Shown piece after piece: positions 24,276-35,543 of a stretch of DNA of 64,000 bases. Within the stretch, counting starts at the first letter, position 1; every line of letters starts with the position of its first letter. The position numbers were made by a program, and so were the translations under genes. Source of the stretch: Lingula anatina. Taxonomy: Eukaryota > Animalia > Brachiopoda. Below the pieces are notes generated by a model. It ran no database searches and was not told the origin of the DNA. It saw only the letters and a program-made list of their open reading frames with translations. The stretch lies in contig CM120645.1 in NCBI GenBank assembly GCA_051362555.1, forward strand, positions 20,398,001 to 20,462,000, given 5' to 3'.

Positions 24276-25249
24276 CGCACACGTGTGCCGTCACCTTCAA
24301 AATCAAAACCAATACAACAAAAGAAAATCATTATTTTCCTTTTTCTCGAAGGCTTGTTTCTTGAGATATAATGTTAAATCAGAGGACGAAAAGAGGCTGT
24401 TGCCTCTGAGACAAAATCCCCTTCACTGAAGTCGGGAACGACACTTTTTCTGTGAAAATGTACGTTCGCTCCCCTATTCAAAAGTATTACAGAAGACATG
24501 GAATTGAAACAAGAGAGAGCAAGCGATAAATGTTAAAGGGCTTTTTAAGTATTGTGGGTATCCTTACATAAAAAATATATGAGGTAAAATGATAGAAATT
24601 ATTTCTATATTTGCTCGAGCTGTAAGTTTTGCATTTTTGCCGAACCCTCTGTTCAACAGCATGTTTTATTAATCCTCGTTTGTTGAACACCGGAGCGGTT
24701 ACCAGGTGGGGGTGGGGGTTTGGGGGTGGGGTTTAGACCATCTTTTTCTTACCTACCTTTTTTATTGGCTGAAAGCCACCTTAACGTTTTCACGACCGGT
24801 TTATGTCATCTTAGTATTTGTTTTTTTTTTTTTTTTTTTTTTCAATTCTAGTTGAAATAAAATTTCAATTCGTATGACTACTGAAATTTTGTCGACCTAT
24901 GTTTTTTTCTTTTTGTCTTTTTTACTCTTCTTTTTCGATCGACATCAGGCAATTAAACCAAAGACAAAAATGCCTTGAATTGTCTGTTTTGCCAACTCTT
25001 TACTTATGCATAATGATGTAAGTACGCACACAGGTGAAACATTCGCCTCTATCAGAAATGTGGTCTCTCTGCAGTTGTCACATATAGCATCTGTCCTCAC
25101 CTGAACAATCTTCTTGTTAGTATACAAATCGTTAATTCATGCATTTTCATCATTTTACTTTATGATTCCAGTATAATTTGATGTTTATTGACGCTTGTAT
25201 TGCTTCTTCAATCAACAGCTACATTAGAGTATTTTAAACAGTTCAATCT

Positions 25250-26260
25250 TTATGCTAAGCTTTTAAACGAACTGAAATTTCTTTCATTTTTATGCAGTTG
25301 GGTTTTAGAGTTTTTATTAGACAGGAGACAAGCTGTGAAAGTGGGTACAAGTACTTCTGATATTGTGATCTTAAATGCAGGTGCGCCTCAAGGTTGTGTT
25401 CTGTCACCATGTCTGTACAGCATGTTCACGTATGATTGCGTTTCATCTCACGAGAGTAATTGCATTGTGAAGTTTGCAGACGACACCATTTAAATTGGCT
25501 TAATAAGTGTTAATGATGAGACCTGGTATAGAAACGATGTCAACTCAGTTGTACAATGATGTAAAGACAACGATTTGTTACTGAATGTAGGGAAGACTAA
25601 GGGAATGATTGTTGACTTCAGAAAGAATAGAAATGTGAAAGAACCCATTTATATCAGTGGCACTGCGGTAAAGCGAGTAACCAATTTTAGACTACTGGGG
25701 GTAGAATTCAATAGCTCACTTACATGGAAGGACCACCTAGACAAACAGTTAAAAAAAGCGAGGCAAAGGGTATATTTTTTAAGAAAGTTGAAGGATTTTA
25801 CTTCAAATGATTTGATTTTAGCAAACTTTTATAAATGCATTATAGAAAGTATATTAACATTTTCAATTATGGTATGGGCGGGCCACTGTAGAAGAACGCA
25901 AGCGTCTAGATATGGTCACATCAACGTGCGGCAAAATCATCGGTCTGGAACTCCCCTCTCTAGGTGCCATCTATGCTAACAGATCAGTAATAAAAACAGA
26001 GAAAATCATGTCTGACTATACCCACCCCGCACATGAGCTTTTTAAATTTTAACCGAGCAACTGCAGACTTTTAACTTTTAAGGGTTCTAAAAGGTTTTTA
26101 AAGAGTTTTCACCCATCTGCTGTATCTTATTTTAACAACAAAAATGGAAATTTATTATTTATAACTTGTAACCCGAATAGCAGTCCGATTTCCGTTTTAT
26201 ATGAATTTTTATATTTATATATATTATTGGCTGAATAAACTCTTATCTTATCTTATCTTA
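25250..26260 (+). mobile_element. 5'-truncated, decayed LINE (CR1 group, Rex/Babar- or L2-like) RT C-terminus with (TCTTA)n tail
   Basis: GAPQGCVLSP and KFADDT RT motifs, LNVGKTK, KKARQRVYFLRKL; in-frame stops and frameshifts; AATAAA followed by TCTTA x4 at 26241-26260. Confidence 0.9.
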
Positions 26261-27394
26261 TAATCAAATGTATAAAAATCTTTTCATGTCTATTTTGAAT
26301 TTTCATTTGTAGGGACAATGTGCAATTGAAAGCTTTTTAAAGCGAATAAAAGCAACTTCAAACGTGAAAGAAGCCAACTGCACATGTGGGCATCTAATTC
26401 ACGTGTTTAACCAAATAAATAGTTTTAAAATAGACAAGAAATATGAACAAAATATGGGATAAATCAAAAGGAGGCACAGTAATTATCAAAGCTCTCTCTC
26501 TAATTCTAGCAATTTTTAAATAATACGTGGACTATTGAAATTTTATATATTAAAATATATAATATTACAAAAGTCCACGTATTAAGACCTACAGTCCACA
26601 ACTCAAACCACGAAACATATTATCACTGGGACATCTATCACAAAATTGTGACATATATCACATCTTAAAACAAAGGAGGGGGGGGGGCTTAACTGAACCT
26701 AACGCAATGTACGTAGAATGTGTCGTGCTCAACACTCCGTCGCAGCTAACGCAATGACTTGAACCATGTGTGTTTTGTTTTTTCACAAATGCTGGCAATA
26801 TAGGCACAATGGTCGGAAAGCTTGATAACGTCAGCAATTTTAGAAGCAATTGTTTCTCTCGCAAAGTTTCTTTTTAAATTTGTCCAGTGTGATGATAAAA
26901 ATTAAATGGCCATTAGTTGTTTGGAAATTAATTTAAAGCGAGGTAAGTCCCGTTCACACTATTTTTGTTTGAATCGCGATCAGGCGTCTCGTTCACAAGA
27001 GAGGCTTTACAACCATAGAATCTAGATTTGGCGTAATCGCAATTCAAAATGCAGTGTGTGAATAGGAAAATACATAGTCACAAGTTACGCGCACCTGATA
27101 AATTAAGAAAGAAGCTTACCGGAAAGTTTTTTAAACATACGTTTATTGCGTTTAAATTTTTAGATTACAATTTTTTGGTAAAAATCGGAACCACTGTTTG
27201 TTTGGACTCGATGAAGGTTACCGAGGTCAGAGCTGAGTTGTCGTTGTTCAGGTACAGGTCATGAACGCTGCACTGAGGCAAGGAAACGCTATGCGTTGCG
27301 TGTGTAAAACATCTCGCTTTATGTGATAGATACAATACGATTCGTCGAGCTGTACGTGAAATATTACGAGTGTATTGTCGAGCCGCAGGCGATA

Positions 27395-28221
27395 GCCTCG
27401 GTCACAACCGGCCGCACGGGCTCTTACGGGCTGTACGGAGGAGGATGTTGCAATTGAAAATGTCCAAAAGATTCTACGAATAGCCTGCGAACAGCGAGGC
27501 CGCAAGCGTAACTTGCTCCCCTCGCACGGAGTTAGCAAGAGAGACGCGCGTTGTGCACGACGCACGTCGCAAGCAATGAAGGAGCAAGTGCGCTTTACGT
27601 GTTGAGTAAGGCGCACGCCCTCACAACTAACGAACAAAGTCGAGAGCACACTGGGAATGCGTCACACGTGCGTCACCCCCGGGTGCTCATGACGCACGCT
27701 TGTGTCTTTACAATGAATGTCGACTGTGTAACGTGTACAACAATTTTCAAATTTTTTACAAATTTTTGCTCAATTTAGTTTCTAATATGCCTCCAAAAAT
27801 AGCAAAAGGCAAGAGAAAGAAGCTTACATAGTAGAAAAAAGGGAAGAAGAAGAAGAAAGAAGAGGAGAACAGGAAGCAAAACTGACGTACGCCGTCAGTA
27901 CGTCACCCAAACGTGTGAGGCAAGTTTGAAGCAAAACTGATTCAGAAGGGCACTACTTTCGCCGTGCGTTGCATTCCCTTCGTAAGTGATGAGTGTGTGC
28001 CACGTACACAGGAAGCAAGACAAACTCAAGAAATGAGTACAACTTCCACGGTCATCACCCCTTGCAATTAGTGTCCCAGGTTGAAAGGACATCTCATGTG
28101 GCCCTTGCGACTCGCAAGGCAGACTTTTCTCTACCTCTACGACCTCCAGGGCCACTGCAACACCCAAAAATCGCAGGGGACGTACGATCCTGAAATTCGT
28201 GCGTCCGGTTGTGACCGAGGC
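27395..28221. mobile_element. Internally deleted TIR element, PIF/Harbinger-like
   Basis: TIRs GCCTCGGTCACAACCGG-CGCACG / CGTGCGTCCGGTTGTGACCGAGGC; CpG-rich interior with a disrupted MPPKIAKGKRKK start (27787). No clear TSD, so the superfamily is inferred. Confidence 0.6.
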
Positions 28222-29143
28222 CTTAACTAATGCTTTGGTGGATAAAGAAGTAAAGACGCAATATTTTGGGAAAACATTTTGAATTGACAAGACTACAGCA
28301 GTTAATCAAACTTAAGACATTTTGTCGAAAATAATTCCGTATCGCCAACACTTTGATGTTTTGTATGCATTCATTTATTATTACTTTTTGTCTCGATATA
28401 TTTTCGCTTATTGCGTTCCGCAATGTATTCTTGTAGTTTATAGCATAATGGGTGAATTCTAGGAAGACATATTTACACCTACGTCATATGGTCTTGAGGA
28501 AAGGGAGAGTGTGCATGTCTTTGCGTGCACGCGAGAGTAGAGGCATTCTTAATGGCAGATTACATAGCATGTGTAATATTAAATGCATAAAGGAAGTTGC
28601 TGATAATTGTGTGTCAAGATTTTATTACACTTATAAAATTCATAAAGCTGATGAAACGGGTCCCAATTTTGTTTTTTTTTTCAACCATTGCTAAACAAAG
28701 CTATAAAATAAATGTGATAGTTTACGAAGAGGACAGTTTACGAACCCTCAACGTGTGTGCGTGTGTATTTTTCCTTTTTTGACGAACCACCAAAAGCCCG
28801 TTAATTGTATCAGTTGTAATGTTTTCCAGGGTGTTCATGATCATCACGTGACCTAATGATGCTCTTGGTCTTGCCAGATTTAGTTCAATTTTTGCCTGAA
28901 TTCCTGAAACCTTATTACATGGCTCGAGTTGATATCAGACACTCTTGTGCTAGCAGGATGCTGAAAAAATTGATAAAGATAAATTGATAAAATAAAATCA
29001 GAGTCTTGTTTTTCCGAAAATTAATCTCAACTTTAGACCAAAATTTTAGCCTTCCCTGTATAAGCTAAAATAATACAGTTTCTGCAAAATTCACAATTTT
29101 CCCCATTAAAAAGATCGATTAATCACCTTGAGTCTTTGAGTAA

Positions 29144-29358
29144 GAGTGCATTCGCAGAGATTAAGATCGATCTTACTAGATCGACCTAACTTCCTGGGGG
29201 TTCACGCTAAATTGCAGTCAGGCGACAGCGCACGGAAGTTAATTACTCCCTTACAGCTTGTAGTAGGCGGGACGGACATTTAAGTCGGATTATCTAACAG
29301 TAATCTAGTGAGACTCCCCACGGGGATAGATCGATCTTAAATCTATGGGAATGCGCCT
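29144..29358. mobile_element. PIF/Harbinger MITE, family A, copy 2
   Basis: TIRs GAGTGCATTC.../...GAATGCGCCT with TAA TSD (29141-29143, 29359-29361), ~10 bp from the exon-5 donor. Confidence 0.85.
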
Positions 29359-29683
29359 TAAGACCCACCTTTGCCTCTGAATGTCGTTCGGATCCTATGT
29401 ACACAGGGTTGAGTGCGATCAGGGCTTGGCATGGGGAGGCTGCAAACTTCAACCCAGCAGTCTGTGCTTGGCGGGAGGTTATTTATGAAGAAGTGGAACT
29501 TGGGGTTGAAACACAAGAAAACTATTTATGATTCAATTATCAAATTGGTTATGGTATATAATAAATGCAAGGAATCAGAATTTAACTTCCAAAAACCACA
29601 CGGATTTTACCTTAATTTATTGTTTATATGCTTGTGAAAGTTCTTGTGCATATATGCATGTTTGTTGGCACGTATAGTGCTAA

Positions 29684-29687
29684 TGTG

Positions 29688-29737
<50 letters not shown>

Positions 29738-29761
29738 GGAGAGAAAGGGAGAGAGAGAGAG
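29684..29761. repeat. Compound (GT)n(GA)n microsatellite
   Basis: Seen directly in sequence. Confidence 0.95.
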
Positions 29762-30859
29762 TACGTCTGCATGATTTATTAGTGCAGAAATCAATATACA
29801 ATCAGATGTAAGTTCACCAAAACACATTACAAACATTTATACAATATACAGGTACATGAATGTATAAAAATAAAAAGCAACACGTACTTCTGGTTGGTTC
29901 AAGTGGTCAGAATCATTCCAGACAGCCTCAGTCATGTTGTAGAATCTGCATATATTTTCGTTCACTCTGTACCCATTTAAAAACAATATGGTCACTTTAA
30001 ATCCCTTTGTGTAACGGAATCCAACTGAAAGGTGAACAACAATCTTCGTAGACCAATAATTTCAATGAGAATGGGCCCTTACATAATTCTGGTATTAAAA
30101 CATGCAGTTATGCTTAGTGCCTCTAACAAAATGCATCAACACTGACAACACTGATATATATATATATATATTATTTGACATAGGGTTGATTTTCACATCT
30201 AAACAATTCTTACCATCATCAGCTGCCTTCCAAGTGATACTGAAAGCAGGATAATTAGAAACGATACGCCCATCGTAAACATAATCTTTAAGGATGGATT
30301 TTACAGTCAACTCAGTGGGAGCACTAGGATTGAGATTATTGTTAGTCAAACGTGATAGCCAGGCATCTAAACAGTTTTTACCTGAAAATAAATAAAATAT
30401 TGAATTAAAAAATAAATTAATTATTCAATACAAGGTAAATGTATCATTATGTATTATGAAAATAATACGCATCACTTTTTATGAACAATTTTAACATTAA
30501 ATCTCTGTAATCTTGCCTTTATAACATTTTCCTCTTCAATATTGTCAATGTTAAAAATTATAAGGCAGCAATTGTAAAATAATATTTAGTTGAATCAAAA
30601 GATATTTTGTGCCGTGAATGACTAGTATTTAAAAAAGCAGACATCATTTTGGCAAAAATTAATTATTAACCATTTCCTAAATTATGTACGTACGTATATA
30701 TTTTGTTCAACAATTTTATGGTATCTAGTAATCACAAAAGGTCAACTTACTAACAGTACATTTCAGATGAGGGAAGCCCTGCAAAAAGATACAATGTAGC
30801 AATTAATTAAAACTCATAACTAATAATGTCATTAACCTTGAAAAATATTTCAGCATGAT

Positions 30860-31179
30860 CAGGCCTACCCAACTACCAGACTCGGCACCGAATGATCCTG
30901 AATTCACCGGTAGATCAAACCACACTACCCGTTTTCAAGGTGTGTGTCAGATCATCCCCTTACACAGTATCATACCCTGAACAAATTTTGAGTGGTGATG
31001 CAATGCTTTTCAACCCCGCTGAGAATCGTCACTATCACATCGCGTACTGGGCAAGAGCGGTGTCGCGTCTGATAGTGTGAAATGCGTACTGATACACACC
31101 TTGAAAACGGGTAGTGTGGTCCGATTTACCGGTGAATTCAGGATCATTCGGTGCCTAGTCTGGTAGTTGGGTAGGCCTG
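30860..31179. mobile_element. hAT-like MITE with ~90-bp TIRs and a 5-bp TSD
   Basis: CAGGCCTACCCAACTACCAGACT... / ...AGTCTGGTAGTTGGGTAGGCCTG, with ATGAT on both sides; lies in intron 1 of IL-17R-like copy B. Confidence 0.8.
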
Positions 31180-33839
31180 ATGATAATGCTCCACCACGTA
31201 CACCACGTACAGCCAATGCAACAGCAGACCGGTTTTAGCAGGTTAAAATACAAAGACGACCTCCGAGGAAGCTATTGTAAGCAGCAAAACAGTGTCGTCT
31301 GTTTCTCTAATGAATCTCTTAAGAGATTATTACAGAGTATCGCCATCTATGATAGTCACGTGGTCCGATGGCAAGCACAGATTCCAGAATAATTGCGATT
31401 ACCGCCGTTTTGGTGGTAAAACAGAATCTACTATATTTCTACGAGTTGTTTACAATGTATTGTGAAATATGAATCTCATACGAAGAGTTGTTATCCCTTT
31501 AATATTGGCACAATGCTAATTTCTCTCCTTCCTTTTCATCAATACCAATTTCTTGTTTATCCATAAATAGATTTTTTTTAAAAAAAACTTGCAACTAACA
31601 ATCACCACCAAAAGATGCGCTTTAAATCATCCTAAAAGCTCACCTACCGGTGGTGTACAATCTTGTCCCCAAGAGAGCCTCGCAATTTGAACAAACACAA
31701 GTTCTAGTACAAGTTTCACTGACATTCTTTGCCGTTTTTTCTCTCCTGCTTTCACAAGCTTGAGCTGTGCTGCTTTGTGGATGGTTTCATGGAATTGGCT
31801 CGATAAGAACTACTTATAGTCCCATTAAAGTGCCCGTATTATTAGTTCCTGTGAAAGCTGCTGTTTGCGGGTCCATGAATGGTGAACCATGATTCGTCTT
31901 TTTTGTTATGATATGGTTATGGAGTGTTCGTTTTACTTCATCACATCATGTAAAAATGTGTTTTAAATCCCAAGTGTTAACTGCGTGCCCACAAGAGAGT
32001 AAAAATAGTGGCAACTAGGGGTTCAACAGACCAAAGTGACAAAAACTGGTGCGGTAAAAGGTCCTCATGAAAAAGTTTTCACCATTATGTTCATGGATGT
32101 TAATGTTTTCTTTTCTTTTCTTTTCAAAAACAAATTATCCGGATGGGAACTTTCATAGAATTGAACAAAACTTCACAGAGGCCTTTAAAAACTGCAGTTA
32201 CAGTGCATTTATACAGAACAACAATTTAATAGGTGTTTGGGGTGATAGGGTCTTTATCATCATTTTATATATTTCCAACATTCAATTACCGTACGAGTCA
32301 CGTATCTTGTCACCAACTGTGATGGAAGGAATGGCGAAAAGAATATAAGCACTTTAATTAAGGATCTATTGGGTCACTTGCACTGAATATATTTTCTATT
32401 GAAATGTTAAAGATACATACAAAGTCAATTTTTTCTCACAGAAACCAACCAAATGCCAGCATATAGTTTCAAGTAGTATAACTAAGAGAATTACCAAAAG
32501 GCATTGTTTAATTTTACCCGAAAATAAGGTTTGAACACATTTTTCTGCTGGTATTCTAAGCTTTATGTCAATGGGGCAGGAAAGTAGGTCACGGAAGTAG
32601 GTTAAATTTACAACCATAAATTTAAAGAAAGGAGCAGTCTAAAGGTCTTTTATGGCTGATCGAGTGATCTATTCAGTTTACCCCTTGGCATGTCAAATTT
32701 ATTTGAGTCATATAAGAATCTAGTAGAAGTGGTTTACATGTGTTACTGGGAATCCACGCTCCACCGATGCTCGGTTCGTATGTACCTTTAAGCGGTATGT
32801 CAGTCAACAACTGAGGGGCAGAAAACTACAGCGTAGTAACATTTGGAGTAATATGTTCTGTCTATTGATATGGCTACAAAATAGTGAAAAACGCAGTCCA
32901 CTTGAGACCTGATGTACTGGGACTGCATGTTGTTGACCAACTCCACTCAAAATCAGATCAAAATAGGGCTAATACTTATGTGCGGTGGGACTTATATGAA
33001 AATTGAAAAAGAAAAGAAGAAAAGAAAAAAAGAAGAGAAAAAGAGAAAACATAATGTGCATTGAGATGAAATATTTCCAGTGTTTCTAAAACTGTCATTC
33101 TTAGACAAACGCAAGGTCTTTAGGTGCCCTGAAACTTTTAACTCCAGCGTGCTTCTTGCAGAAAAGGAGAGATGCCAACAATAACAGCATCCAATTACCT
33201 CTTTAACTACTTCCTGTTCTAATGTGTTGAATGGTTACTTGTTTTCAAGTTACTCTTATAATCACCAGCTTTTTTGTATTCGAGTTAACACTAGAAGGAG
33301 GCGTGCTAATCTGTTAAGCTGATTGCACTTAGGGAGAGCCTCCGTAGAGATAAGCTGACCTACGTAGGCCAATGTGTCCCTAGGTCTTAAGTTAGTTGTA
33401 CTAAATTGCTTCCCAAGCCTCTACTATGTGCTTGCCTTAATTTGAAACCGAAGTGTTATTTTTAACGAAATTTATAGGAAAAGAAACTGTTTATATTGGC
33501 CAAATAATGAATTTTCTTGGGGTGAACAGCAATTTTCACATACAATGGTAAATGAATCAGTTCCGTCAATCGAAATTAGTTAATTGTTTTTTTTCTTTTT
33601 AGATCAGGAGTTCTTCCATAATATGTAGAAACAGTCCGCTTTGTTAACAAAAAATTAGAAGATAGACTCTGTATTCTCTGTAACGATAAAAAAAGTAGAA
33701 GATGAGTATTATTTTTTATTTGATTGTCCAATTTAAATAAAATTCAGGAAAAAATGGTGTGAAAAAAGTAAAAATGGGCGATCTTATCTTTCCTGACCTG
33801 GTAAAATTTTACTATAGACGCCTGACTATTTTTGGCCGA

Positions 33840-34104
33840 GATACAGACTGGGTGTTGACGCTCTCACCTCCCTGGGGAGAATACAGCTATACTGCCGCAT
33901 GAGGCGCTCAAAGTTATCAAAAGAACAATATCTTTCGCCGTTATGCCCGGAACTTCACCTCTGCTTCAACCCGTAAGTGCTGAGTACCAAGCGGGGAGAC
34001 AACAGGAACCGTTTTTGAAGGACTGGTACCAGCATGTCCTCGGACGGGGCCAAACCCACGTCCTCTTGGTGCGAAGGCGGACACTCTGACCACATCCGGG
34101 CGGT
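33840..34104 (-). mobile_element. tRNA-derived SINE, MetaSINE-like
   Basis: Minus strand: A-box-like TGGTCAGAGTG, B-box-like GGTTTGGCCCC, then AAAACGGTTCCTGTTGTCTCCCCGCTTGGTACTCAGCACTTACGGG resembling the Meta core domain. Confidence 0.65.
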
Positions 34105-34739
34105 TACGAGAAAGTAGTCGGTAAATTTATAACGAGATAGCAGCAGATGTTTGGAATTTCCGAGACCGTCTCTACCATCAAATGCAGTGATCTCTCTTCG
34201 CCATTTGGAACAAGTAGAATTTTTTTCATGTTGCCATTTTAGAACCGTTTGTAAATTAGTCACGCTAAACACTGTTAGTTAAGTTGGTCTTGGATAATTA
34301 GTAATATATGAATTTAGGCGCAAAAATCCTCTAACTGGCTCAAGGGCGGTGTTTCGCATGCAGCTGGTCATTACTATTTTACAGCGTATCGTTTTTGTGT
34401 ACATGAAAAACGATGCCATTTTATACAATCCCTAACAAAACGCTAATAAAACGCACTGTATTTACGTCGATTTTATATTTTGACCGTATAGTGATCTGCA
34501 CTATCCTTGTAGACATTAACCTATTCATGAAACAGGTGCTACATTATTCTGTAGCATCCATCCAGAACTCCTGAAGCAATACTGGTATAATCAAGACTGA
34601 GCAGGGAAATGATTTATTGTGCCGTATCTCTGGGCAAAAGGAATTTTTTGTTATGCATGTCTTATGGCAACATTATGTACATTTAACATAGGGACTCGAA
34701 TCTTAAAAAGCATTAACTCACTCACTTACCAGAGACAGA

Positions 34740-34880
34740 CTATGCAATAAACATGTTAACAGTTTTACAGTGCAGGTGAATATAAACCTACCCGAGGACA
34801 GCCATTCATTAGAAAAGCCCTTCTCTTTTCTAGATGCCAGTTGTACGTATAGAAGACAAATTAATATAACCTAACCGGTA
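34740..34880 (+). promoter_or_regulatory. Putative promoter and non-coding first exon of ODC-like copy 1
   Basis: TATAAA at 34781, CCGGTAAG donor at ~34878; block conserved upstream of copy 2 (TATAAA 43054, donor ~43145) and partly repeated at 39245-39445. Confidence 0.55.
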
Positions 34881-35543
34881 AGGTATGTAGGCCTAGCATT
34901 TAATTATCTCTGCAAAACAATGAAGGTATTTTCAGACTTTGTGCTTATGTGTATTTATACTAGGTAATTTATCTCAAAACACCCCCGTGTAACCTGCGAT
35001 CTAGCTACTCAAAACAACTTCCATTTCTGTTGGGGGTGGGGGGGAGGTAGGGTTTATCAACTGGAAATATTCTTTCCACCTGCTTGTAAATTAATAAACT
35101 ACCGAGATAGGAATAGGTAGAGGTGTGAATGACATTGTGATACATTACATGCAATAACAGTGGGGGAAAACAGATGTGGAGAGAAGGTGTGAGGTTTTGT
35201 ACGAAGTCATGTTTAGGTCTTGGTCATTATTCTGTGGGGTGTAAAACTTAAGGTGATAGTAGTGTATATGAGAAATGACTGTCCATGACTTGCCAAGAAA
35301 CCCTTTTGACGTACATGTACGTTATATTTGCCATCAGCAAAAGAGGGAAACATCTGTCTAGAGAAGCTAACATTCTCACCAAATTAACTCATGGTACTTA
35401 GAATGCATTTTTCATTTCTGCTAAAGAAAAACATATTGAGCTATTTTCAGAACCTTTAAATTGTATTAACAATTATTTTTTTCAGATTTTTACAAATAAT
35501 TTAAAGGGAAAGATAACGCAACTGCTTTTTTAAAGAGAACAAA

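Larger units (their letters stand above)
28790..31725 (-). pseudogene. IL-17-receptor-like gene copy B (first FN3 domain), truncated by stops; pseudogene or secreted ~183-aa form
   Basis: Exons 31725-31648, 30778-30751, 30381-30214, 30024-29888, 29498-29369 splice in frame to signal peptide-DCTPPGFPHLKCTVSKNCLDAW..NPSAPTELTV..YPAFSITW..YTKGFKVTIL..NENICRF..FHFFINNLPPSTDCWVEVCSLPMP, colinear (from memory) with the IL-17RA N-terminal FN3 domain. The next exon (from 28960) reads ASC*HKSV*YQLEPC; its end is approximate. Confidence 0.75.

Noticed and set aside
24072-24429. ORFs with SL, HT and ER repeats
   Set aside because: Translation of a compound microsatellite.
34040-34104. tRNA-like sequence
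   Set aside because: Degenerate A/B boxes followed by a SINE body; not a functional tRNA gene.
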